From Macrostomum lignano (taxonomy: Eukaryota): a stretch of DNA of 64,000 bases. This document shows positions 38,144-49,470 of this stretch, piece after piece. Numbering within the stretch: position 1 is the first letter of the stretch; each line of letters begins with the position of its first letter. Made by a program: the position numbers and the translations under genes. Location: contig NIVC01000896.1 of assembly GCA_002269645.1 (NCBI GenBank), forward strand, positions 248,001-312,000. Reading direction: 5' to 3'. Below the pieces are notes generated by a model. The model did not search any database. It saw only the letters and a program-made list of their open reading frames with translations, and had not been told where the DNA came from.

Positions 38144-38400
38144 TATTTACTCAAAAAATGAGTCGTAGTCCCAAATTCACGATCTAGCCCCATCATGAAT
38201 ATTTTCTCTGGCTACAACTACTGACAGTAGTGTAAAAGCATATCTGCCCTATTACAGTAGTATTTACTCAAAAAATTAGTCGAAGTCCCAAATTCACGAT
38301 CTAGCCCCATCATGAATATTTTCTCTGGCTACAACTACTGACAGTAGTGTAAAAGCATATCTGCCCTATTACAGTAGTATTTACTCAAAAAATTAGTCGC
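38144..38400. repeat. 117-bp tandem duplication (~2.2 copies)
   Basis: TATTTACTCAAAAAA at 38144, 38261, 38378 with near-identical intervening sequence. Confidence 0.9.
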
Positions 38401-38790
38401 CCCCAGCTGCAACGAATAAAGTGAAACACGGCCAAAATTATGAGCAGTCAAAGCCAAAAAAATAGGCGATAAAAACTTTCTAAATGACCTGACAGTGATT
38501 TCGTTCTGTGTATAATAATCATGGCGTGATTAAATTAAATTACTTATTCGTTAGTATTTACATACAACAGTCCCTGTATATTATTAATCTTTATTCGCCA
38601 ATACAAATAAATAAACAAAACAAATCGTTGCCTATTTGGCATCTTTTGTTGCTACTAAAAACATTTCGTTCTCTTTTTGTAACTTTTTTGGACCAGAAAT
38701 GTTGCAAGCATCAAGCAGTGAGGACCTACACTTGAAAGAGAACTTCAAAAGCAACATTGCACTTGCGGGTTGCACATGATTTAGGCCAGG

Positions 38791-39410
38791 GAGGGGTTGG
38801 CAAACTCTGGCCCGAGGCCACACGCGGCCCGCCAAGCCTCTATTCGGCCCTCGGGTCCTTGGAAACTTCACAATAGCAAATAGCTCGGTTCAATGTTTGT
38901 GTCTCTACTCAGTCTCTGCTCTCTTCTATCTGCTCACCGTTCTCTCCTCTCAGCCAATCTAGCGCTTTTCGAGTATTTACGAGTAGAAAAGAAACTACGC
39001 TCGCACTTTGGTTAAGTTTTTGTAACCACCGCGTACACTGAAAGAGAACTTCAGTTTCGCAAGCAATGCACGTACTTTAGGCAGCAGTAACAGTTAAAGA
39101 AATGCTCATTACTTCAAAGAGGCTCTTATGATTAGTGTACGATTATAAACTAAATAGCGAACTGCTTTTGTTGCGGCATAGTTATAATGCAAGAAATTTC
39201 TTTTCACCCAGCCTTGCCCCCTACGAAATTCATTGCTACCTCTACCTTGCTGAACCCCTACGGTAGAATTCCCTACTAGCTAGTAAAACCTTGAAATTAC
39301 CACGTCAATCGTCTACCACCTGTGAAGTCTCGCGTAGCGAAATTGCGCCAGCCGGATTTTAAAACTCTCGCAGCACATAGGGCTCGCGGCCCGGTTGCCT
39401 ACTCCCAAAT
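38791..39410. mobile_element. Possible hAT (Charlie-type) MITE remnant
   Basis: GGGGTTGGCAAACTCTGGCCCGAGGCCACACGCGGCCCGCC resembles hAT-Charlie termini; only a weak reciprocal end at ~39385-39410. Confidence 0.3.
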
Positions 39411-39584
39411 AATTTGGATATTTCCACGCGTTCCCCGTAGTTGAATTTCCGCCGAAACATTATCGCCGATAAAAATACATATATTTGTCTTTCAGTGCAA
39501 CGAGAAAGAGCAATTGTACGTAAGTTATAGTAATAATATTTATATTTCACAGTTTTATGCAACAATAAGCGGGTAATATCCAGT

Positions 39585-41973
39585 AAGAGAAATGATTAGA
39601 TTGGATGACACAGAGGTCTCCATCAGAGAGATCAGTCCTCAGACAAGCCTGGAGATGGTTGGCAGCGAGGATAGCCGCTCTAGGGTGGCTGTTCCCCGAG
39701 CCACACACATAAAAATCAGATTAGCTAGAAGGGATGCTGCGCAACTTACCGTTGCGCATCCAGGGTTCCTGGATCAGAATGAGGTCTGGCCTGTACAGCT
39801 CAGCAATCTTCATCAGATTTACTGACGCAGATACGCAATGCTGTAAATTTATTTGCAGACAGAATGTCGCTCCTTTGGCAGCGTGGAGCTTAGTCATACT
39901 GCATTAAATGCAATAGCTGGCTAGAGCCCGGGCCATCAAGGAGACTTGGACAGCAAATCGTCCTCGTCCCAGGCCGTTGGGGCCTGACTGGGAGATGGGA
40001 GTTGGTCGATGTCCATGGCCTCCTCACCCCAACCAGCCCCCCCCCCCTCCTCCCAGCAGAGTCTTCGGGCTCCGATGACAGAATAAAGGAAGCTTCCTCA
40101 TCTGCATCTTTGCCTTCAGACCCCACCAGGGTGGCCGAGGAGAGCCCGGATTCCGAAGACCCGGCCTCGTCCTCAACTCCTTCTCCGGCTCGCAGGTTCG
40201 GTTCCCGGGGCTTGGCCGGAGCCGTCACCTCGGTCGCCGAATTGCTGCTAGCAGAGGGGCGAGACGCAGCTTTGGCTTTGGGATCGGCTTGCGCCTTTCC
40301 TTGGGCCTTAGACTGCGCCCCGCTCTTGCCGGAGATGCCGGAGTTGGCATTAGCCTTCCCTTTAGCAGACTTTCCTCGGCGCATCTTGAGCTTGAGGGCA
40401 CCCAGCTGGAAAGAGGATCCGTTAGGGTACCGACTCGCCCAAGCGTTGGAGAGGCTTAGGACAATTGATTTACCCGTCTCCCCCCTGCGGACATTGCGGT
40501 GATTCACCATTCCACTAGCAGGGAGGTCGGGGTTCAGGCGCAGTAGGACCCGGCGAATAACGTGTGGTCCAGCTGCGGTGCTCTTTGCAGGGACAAAAAC
40601 CACACATAGGGTATTGTCTTTGGACGCTGGCCTTCGCGAAGAAAAAGGGCTCCGCCGAGGTCAGCATCCAAGGAGACCGTCGGCAGCCGCTGGAGCAGCT
40701 GCTGAGCGTCCTCCTCACTGCTAGGAGCAATAAGAACGAAAGTGCTTCGCAGCACCATCCGCTCAATGCCGATGGAGATTCCCTCCTCGACAGTCAGCTC
40801 AATCAGATAGGAGTCAATAGCACTCCACACTTTTTGAAGCTGATCACTGGTCTAGTCCTGGTCGCGACCTTGGATGATCACTCCCGGGATTTTGGCCTTG
40901 GCCTTCGCGGCAAAGGTAGCTCCCGAAGGAACCTCCTTGTTGGCAGTGGCCATTTGTTGCGCCGTGGTTTCGGCCTCAGCAGCCGCAGCAGCATCTTTAG
41001 GGAGCGCCGCCGCTGAACTACCTGAGCTTCCACCGGCCGGCCCGTCTGGTTGCCTTGGGACGCCAGTCGCTTCAGCGTCCATGGTGGACGCCGCCGCTTT
41101 GGCCCCGCAGCTCCCTTCTTGGCCTGCCTTTTGGCGCGTTGCTTAGCGCGTTTGCGCTCAAGCCGAGCCCGCTGAGCTTCGTCGTATCTGCCAGATTTGG
41201 CCGGTCCTTTAGGCTCAGAGCTCGCGGTTCCCTTAGATACACCAGCAGAGCTGGCAGGTCTTGGGGTACTTTGAGTTTGGTAGCTCTGGTCGGATCTGCC
41301 GGCAGAGCCAGCCAGTCCTTCCTTTGCCACGGTTGAATCAGTCGGTTGGGATCTGCCAGCAGGGCCGGCCGGTTCTTCGGACTGAGGTTAGGGTTTAGAA
41401 GGGTCCCCGTCCCTAGAATTAGCTTGGTTATCCATAGTCGGCTCAAAGGCCATGATAAAGGTTGGTGCAGTGGGCTACCCTCGAAGGGGCGCGGTACCCA
41501 CCCGGCCGCTCCACCTGACCGGGCAGTAGGCCAAAAGAACCCTCAAGGCTGGCCCGACACCAGGAGGGGGACCGCTTGCGACCGGACTACTCCCGGCCTT
41601 CCAGCCCATCGGCACGGTCAAACACCTTAGGCATTAGAGGGTACGTTGAGCAGTACCATGGCCTGCGGACTGGCGAGCCAGACCCGCATACCCAAGTTCG
41701 GCAAAAGCCACTGGATGGGTCTCCAGCGCCGGAGCCCAGTCAGTCCGGGTCTGCCTTGAACACTCGTGGGGACGAGTACCCTGGGTCGACTTGCGAGACA
41801 GCGTGGGGGGGGGTCTGCGGCTGCCAGCGGAAAATAGAGGGTGCAGACCTCCCAACGGCCTTTACCTATATAATATTACCTAGATAGGGGCAGGCGTGGA
41901 GCATCGCAGACCTTAGCCCATAGGCCTGGTCTGTCTCATACTTCACTGGTATGCTTAATACGCCCGTGCGAGC
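39585..41973 (-). mobile_element. 5' half of a LOA/R1-group non-LTR retrotransposon (5' UTR, disrupted ORF1, start of ORF2 AP-endonuclease)
   Basis: ORF2 starts at 39897: CLQINLQHCVSAS..DLILIQEPW..PRAAI (APE). ORF1 41453-39890 has stops and frameshifts and includes VFVP..LLRLNPDL..GKSIVLSL (DUF4780-like, recognised by eye). RT and 3' end are absent. Confidence 0.82.
41690..41973 (-). ncRNA. Candidate HDV-like self-cleaving ribozyme at the 5' end of the LOA-like LINE
   Basis: P2 ACCCA/TGGGT, P3 GGG/CCC, L3 TACTCGT, P1.1 AC/GT covariation, branched P4, J4/2 GCCGAA. P1 GCTCGCA/CACGAGT pairs at 5 of 7 positions and becomes perfect if two CpG-to-CpA changes are reverted. Confidence 0.6.
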
Positions 41974-42478
41974 AGTAGCGATATCAGAATATTCTAGAAT
42001 TGTTTAACTTTTAGAATACGGTAGAATTTTCTGAAAATAAGCAAGGTACAAATAAGGAAATTACGGTACAATGGCGCTACAAACCATCTATGGGTTTTAC
42101 TTGTAGTACATGTATCCATGGTTGATCCATGTACTAGCGTATCTAGCTCGAATTCTATGGTTTAAATTGCACACTAATTATCTAATTTAAACATCCATTG
42201 TCTCATGCTGTGCGCTCAGTATTCAACGCTTAGGAATCATTATTTAAGGCTATTAAAAATGCATTCATGAGACAATGTGTTTGTGCATATGGTTTTGTCA
42301 TAGACAAAGATTAATTTTTCACGAGTGGCTTCGCAGCCCTGACATGAGCTTCGGCACTCATGAAAAATTAATCATTGCTAAGAATTCGGCTAAGCAACTA
42401 CGACAACTATTGTTTGAAATTAACCGCTTTCAAGGAATTTCCGGCTGAGCCACCACCGTTCGGTCTGTCCTAACCTAA

Positions 42479-45400
42479 ATGAGCGAGGTTACCGATGCAA
42501 GAAATTCCATTAAACCGTCAAGTAAGTTTTCTTTTGAATGATGATTGATGAATGTAGTTCAAAATCCCATAGAAGAGTTTTTACTTTGTTACAATTTTGT
42601 ATGACTGCATTTTTCTTGAGTTGATGAGTTTTGTAGTAGTTAATCATGATTATGAAGTAGTAGTAGTAAACTAGTCGAATTACAGAGGGAGCTGTCGAAA
42701 GTATTGTCGAGAAACTGCGAGCTATATTCAATATATTTATCTATTAGAGCCAGCACAAAGCCAAGAGAGACAAGCGACAAACCAGTCCAATAGCTTAGGG
42801 GGAAATTCAAAACGTTTTTAATCCTTTGAAACTTTAATTTTAAGATTTAAACAAAACAATGAAACTTAATCTGATTAACAGGTCAACCAGTGCGTGCAGA
42901 TATACAACTAATTAGTAGATGAATTATTAGTACCAATAATTACTCTTTTTAAAAACGATGTACAAGAACTCAAACCGTCACAACCTGTCGAATATTTACT
43001 TCTAAAATTAGGCCCAGGGGATAAAAGGTTAACACTACCGCAATGTTGTTTTTAATATTGCTTTCAGATCTTCCTGAAAGTAGTTCTGCCTATGACTTCA
43101 AATTTGAAGATGGACTATGTAAGTTTTACAGTCAAGTTTTGCTAAAACTTTTCTTCCCAAACGAACAAATATAAGCGATGTACAGCTTTTACACTGCGGA
43201 GACTGTGGCATTTTCAATTAGAATCCTGTATTTCTGCTTTGCTCAGAGCAGCGACCCTTATTACTCAAGTGTGAAAGTGAGCTCTGCTTGTTCAACACAA
43301 GGAAATATAACTTAACTAAGCTACAATAGCAATGAAAACATGCTGGTCTCTTGAATAGCCAACTATGAAAAACCCTATGCCAAATAATGATATTTAAGGT
43401 TACCGAAGATTGGCACTGTTCTTCGACGCTGGCGGTGAGTCTGTGACAGATGAGTACGCCGACTTTCTGAAAGAGTGCAGTTTTAACGTAAAGAGGAGCC
43501 TGGAACAGCAGTATGAAAGCAAACTGGACTCGTGTCTACCCGACTCCGTGAACAATTCCGAGGTCCAGCAGCTAATTGTAGTCGTGATAGCTGGCAATGC
43601 TTTCATGAATGACGTCTTAGATTTCATGACAACGGATAAATTTCCCAACTGCCAAAACAGATGTTTATTATTTTGTCGCGCTGGTGAAGAAAGCCCGGAT
43701 GACATGAAACTTGCGAGGGAATTTTCGAATGCGAATTTTAAATACAAGTGTACAACTATCGCTTACATCGTTGCTAAGGAACTTGAAAGCATACAGCGCT
43801 TCTATAAAAACTTTCTGGATGACTGCAAGTGCAAGTGGGAAACTACAAGTATATTTTCTATCCTGGAGACGCCATCAATCGCTTACGAGTCCCTGTCTTT
43901 GTATCATAAGAAAGGAAATATTGGTGGTGATTTCCTGCGCGACATTTTCAAATTTATCAGGGAACCCAAGAGCAACCTTGATGAAGTTGATGCCTTACTA
44001 GCAGCATCACAGCAGACTGTTCAAGACAAACCGACTGATTGGATGCGCAAGAATGCCTCAATAATCTATCCTAATCGGCGCAATCCGAAAAAGCCTCGAG
44101 CGTTGGTCATCGTCAACTATGATTTAGAAGACTCCCTATACTTGGCTCTGCAAGTGGACTGCATCGGAGTTATGCGTATGCTAAAAAATCTTGGCTACAT
44201 TGTAACAAACACGCAAACCCGCTCCAATGATGCCTTGGAAATAAGAATCAAGCTTTTTTCAGGAGATACTGAACACGGTGACTCCTGCATCCTTGTCGTG
44301 CTGTCCCAGACGCAGCAGCAGCTGAGCAGCATCACTGTCATGAATCTGTACAAAAGCTTGGCTATTGGCAAAAAGCTCGCGGCCAAGCCCCGACTCTTTA
44401 TTCTGCACGAGTGGGATGTCCCAACACTGCAGACAGACTTTGTTACTGATGGTTTCAGCAGCGATACTTATGAGATCGTTAAAGATGCTGTGGACGGTTT
44501 GCAGGCCTATTTTCGCAAGCATGATTCAACCATCAAAGTTCATCCACACAGCGGCATGGTGTTCGGTCGATCAGTTAGTAGCGATGTGACAAGAGCAGAG
44601 GGCAGCGCTTTTATTCAGACACTGTGCGAAACTTTCAGCCAGTATGGGCGCACAGAGGACGTGGCCTCCATGATTACCATAATTAATGAGCACCAACGAC
44701 TAGATGAATCTGTGCCAATGTGGTTTATTCAGACTGGCAAGCTCTTTTATCTCACGGGAACAGACGGAATCCAGGGTAAGAGCACTTTTTTAGCTCAATT
44801 CATGTATACTTTTCAATTCGAACTTAGCAAAAGTGACTTCAGTTTCGGCAACACGATAAATTATGACTGTCACTGTAACTGTCAAAGTGACTTAAAACTA
44901 TTTGTGATCAATGTTATTGTAGGTCTGCAGCTCATCGTGTGCTTGCGCTACTGCCGACATTTTTTCGGTGATAGTGTGCAAAATTGTTGGTGCAAATTTT
45001 GGCCTCATGGTTCCTCCTCGTCGCCTTAAAAACAACGCGATCTTGAATGACAAGTCTGTGAATGACCGCGTTGGCCGTGGATCCCTTTATGCCGAGGTCC
45101 TTTGCTAGTCGTCTTCAGTCTCTCCCTGTTGTTTTCGAAATTAATCACTTTTTCCAAAGTCGAAATTGAAAATTTATAACTATGCAGAATTCATTATTGC
45201 ATAATCATTTGCACTATTTTGCTTTTAGCTACCGGTCAGGAAGTTTCACAACAAAGTCTAGAGAAGAAATCTGAAGAACATAAATACACTAGAATTGGTG
45301 AGTAGCATTATAAAATATCGAGACAGACATCTCAGAGATCTCATTCATTTATCTCAGCCATATGAAGCTATTGGCAAAATCTTTGCAATGACTACCTCTT

Positions 45401-47112
45401 CTCATTTCTGGTTGTATCTGTTCCGTTTTGCTGCCTTTAAATTGTTGCGATGTCCAAACATATTTTTATCCTATCAAGAATTATTTGATCTAAAAACCTT
45501 CTGATAAGTACATGTAGTTTAGAGAGATACGCTTGAGTTATAAACATTATTAGATTCATGAATTAAAGAACACCTGTGCCTGTATGAGCCAATAAAACTC
45601 GCTAATCTCAGCAAAGCTCAGCCGTACTTGCACTTTTTAATTTCAGATCGAACAGGATTTGCGATGATTCTCACCGAAGGACAGTTTGATGGGGCCAGCA
45701 ACTATCAGATGTTTCTGGAGTATGCAGCCTTCAAAGTGCTCTTCGATTACACGGATGGCAATTCGAGCTCAATCAAGACAGCCATCAGGCTTCCAAAAGA
45801 AACTGAAGGAAATGTTGTCCTTTATCTAATTGTACGCACACATCGCAACGACAACGTCTTGCAAGAAATAGTCGATGAACTTTCTAAACAGCAATCGTCT
45901 CAAAAGTGCAGCAGTAGCATTTTGCTTATCTTCTGCGAAGTGTACGAGTCTGAAGAGAATTTCGCGAACACTCAGATGCCCAAGGAGCTACCCGAGAAGT
46001 TTAGCCTTGTCAGAGTTGGCGGGAGTCGGTGCGGCGTGACAGAGTTTCTGGACTCCCTGCTGGAATCTCCCACGGAGAACATCTCTCTCAATGGCAGCCT
46101 TGTGGTTGGTAGAGATTTTCATTCCACTTCAGTCATCGGTGAGCTAAACGGCATAATGCACTGCAAAGTCAATGACGAAAATCCAGGCTGGAGGAAGAGA
46201 ATCACTTGGCTTGAAAACTTTTGTAAACAAGAGAGTTTAAAAAATCCGACTTCAACTGACGTTAGTGACGACACGCAGACAAGACCAGCAATAAGAGGTT
46301 CTCTCCGATTAGAGAGTTTTAGAAGTGAATGGAATGCACCTGGATTAGACACTCAAGAGTGCAAGGCTGTAGCACTCATCGTTCACAACGTTGTCTTCCA
46401 GAAAAAGGAACTATCTACTCGGTTCGGAAGTCAACACGACTGCCAGCGAATGGCTGACACTTTGCTCAGGCTTGGCTACTCAGTGAGCATCAGGTCGAAT
46501 CTCACCAAAGTAGAAATCGAAAGCGAATTAGACATGTTTTGCAGTGACGCACGACACGGCAGCTCAGTCGTAGTGGCTTCCATGTCTCACGGATGTCTCG
46601 GTGAAGTAGTTGGTTTCGACGGCGAATCAGCAAAGGAAAGTAAAATTCTAAAGAGAATTTCCAAAGGAAAAAACACCAGTGGAAAGCAGCAATTGGTCAT
46701 CTTTCAGAACTGTCGAGACCCTGGTCGATTGCCTAAATCAGAGCTGTCGTTCTTTCCTGGCATGATCGTCGCTCACTCGACTTCGCCGGATGAAAGCAGC
46801 TACCGAATGACAGACAGAGGCAGTCGGTTCATCCAGTGTCTGTGCACTGTTCTCGACCTGTTCGCCGACAAGTGCGACATTGCATCAATGGTTCCTATCG
46901 TTAATTATGTGGTGCAAAACGCCACTTTTCATCTGGGCATCAGCCAGCTGCCCTGGTGGTCTGTACAGACAAGCAAGAAATTTTGGATTCGAGTCAATGA
47001 GCCTCCTCAAAGCAGTCTTGAATCGCACCATCGAACCGATTCTGATAGGAAGCAAACAACAAATGACTGCAGGGCTCAGGTGACGGAACTTCTTCAAAAA
47101 ATGCGGTTGTAA
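42479..47112 (+). CDS. Multi-domain caspase-family protein A (pseudo-caspase + active caspase); exons 42479-42521, 43068-43118, 43399-44775, 45229-45297, 45647-47112 (1001 aa)
   Basis: All introns are GT-AG and phase 1; total 3006 nt, open. C-terminal domain has ASMSHG (His at 46588) and IFQNCRD (Cys at 46711). The first caspase-like domain has VVLSQT / ILHEWD in place of the dyad. The first two short exons are less certain. Confidence 0.8.
44930..45150 (-). mobile_element. Short Tc1/IS630-like transposase N-terminal (HTH) fragment in an intron of caspase gene A
   Basis: The minus strand reads FENNRE..LAKDLGIKGSTANAVIHR..DRV..RGG..PK across frameshifts. Confidence 0.4.
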
Positions 47113-47428
47113 TAATCTACGCAGAGGAAGTTCATCAATTTGAATATTTGTGGCGACTGAATAGATTTAATTGCTTATATTGTAGCTACCAGTGACTACT
47201 CTAATCCTTACTTTTTTTCTTAGCGGTTCAAGGTCTTTTAAGTTTCTATGAGAGTGGTAAATATGATTTTAATAGTCAATCTACGAGCGCAATATTCAGA
47301 CCATTCAAAAAATTTACTATTGACAACTATTAGGACAATGATAGATAGCATGTTTATAGGCGTTTGTAAATTTGTTTTACTTTTTAGCAAAAAATTAAAT
47401 TAATAAATTGCAAGTTAGCTTCTTAGTT

Positions 47429-47768
47429 AAAGGCAGGAGGCTGTTTACCCTGGTGCACTTTAAATAACATTGTCACACAGCCCGGCGAGAGGCATTACTG
47501 CCCATTCCGCCAACTCCCCTGAGCAGGCACACAAGCGCGCGGATATGTATACAGTCATCCGCAAAGGCACACACTCACACATGGGTGTACAATGGCTTGG
47601 ATTTAATAATTTATATCGCTTAGGCATGTACACTTCACTGTGTCTTGAGGTTGGCCCTTGAGGCCGTTACTTGCACGAGAGCAGACCCAAGCTGCTGACT
47701 GCACTTGGAATCGAGTATGGGCCGCTGGCACATCAGAACGCCGCGTTAGGGCACAAGGCTACGGCCCC
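47429..47768 (-). mobile_element. tRNA-headed SINE between the two caspase genes
   Basis: Starts GGGGCCGTAGCC, has a B-box-like ACTCGATTCC, shares its central core with the NAV-intron SINE and its head and tail with 7842-7975. Confidence 0.7.
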
Positions 47769-49470
47769 TATAATAAATTACTACGTAGTATAATAAAATA
47801 TTTAATATAAAAGAAGCGTGTTTCCATAAGTGCTTCGATGGAACAAATTTGTTTTTATTGTTTTAATGAAAGACGTTAGACTGACCATTCTAAACAGTTT
47901 AGCTAGGCTAAGTTAAAATAGCAGCAGAATTGCTCTCGCTAAAACTAACCGATGCCGAACTTTTGACTGAGAAAACTGTTAGCCAGGTGTATCTTTTCAT
48001 TATTAAAACTAATTATAAATGATTTAAAAAGTTTTTTTTCCAAATTTTATCTTCCACTATTCTAGATATTCGTAAATTTCGCTTTAAGCTTCTCAAAAAA
48101 TGAATTCAAACATCCTAAATTGATGACCATATGGTGTGGAATCGTCAGACATGAAAAAAATTATTAAAGAAAGCATAAAGCATTAGAGTATGAGTACATG
48201 TTTGAGTTGTATTTTATGAAATCGATCTTTTTGAATGTATCTAAATCACAAACTGCGACTGGCCCTCGATCGTAGTGCATCACTGAGTTATATTTTTCTC
48301 TAACTCTGATTCAGTTATTTATAGTAAACATAAAACTAACAGGCTCGTAAATTGCTGCTTCCTAATTCAATTGTTTATTCAAATATGAACGATTATCTAA
48401 TCAAGTACAACAACTCAGTTCAAATAAATCAAAGGAAACTAAGAGTTTTCTGCTTGCCATCGAATTTCTGCTTTTGTGTTATTTTGACAAACGTTTAGTA
48501 TAACTTAGCTAGTTAATATATAGGTGTATCTACAAGTTTATAGGAGTACGACCGTATATAGTAGTATATATAGGAGTATATTAAGCCATTTTTCTCTAAT
48601 CGATTGCAAGCAGGCAAGATATACACGGTTACTAGCTTAGCTAGTATATATATACGCTATATATACGCTAAATATATTATCCTATATAGAATTGGTTTTA
48701 GATTACAATGCAGCTTTATTGTATATATATTAACTTTTCATTCAAAACTTCAAAATTCACCTTTTCTGATTACAGAGACAAAGTGCTACATAACTAAACC
48801 TTATCTGGTATTCGAAGAAACGATCGAACTCAGTATCGATGGCTGATTTTTCTGACATATTTGAGACCGAAAGCCCAGCTACTAGTGAGTGCGAACCTAA
48901 AATAAAAAAATTAGCAAATAAATTAGAAACAAACATAGGCTGATTCATGACGTAGCGTGTTCGAGATGTAGTTAGCGATTAATTAATTATTAGTTATTTA
49001 CTAATTAGTTAGCTAGTTTAATTATTAGTAGTGTTGACACGCAGGGTACGAGACAAAACGCCGAGTTGAGGAGAGTACAAAAACGAGCGCGAGGCAACAA
49101 TTTAAATTGGCGGGGAAATCCGATTCATTTAAACCCAAGATGTCTATCAAAAAAGTAATAATAACTTGGACTTAATTAAATAAAACTTAAAGTACATTTT
49201 TTAATAAATAAATTACATTAAATTATTAGCTGGGGAACCTGCCAATTAATCAACTACAATAATTTTAAGTAATAAAAACTCAGATAGAAACTAACAATTT
49301 AAGATGCTAACAACGTCGTCACAGATTGATTCCTCTCAGTAATTTTTCCCACATTTAAATTTTCAGTATTGAACGAAATTTCAACAGCTGCAGGTCTATT
49401 AGTTGTTGTTTAAAACCATTTCTTTATATCTTAAATACTTTAATAAGCCGTATATGCTTCAAAATTGCAG

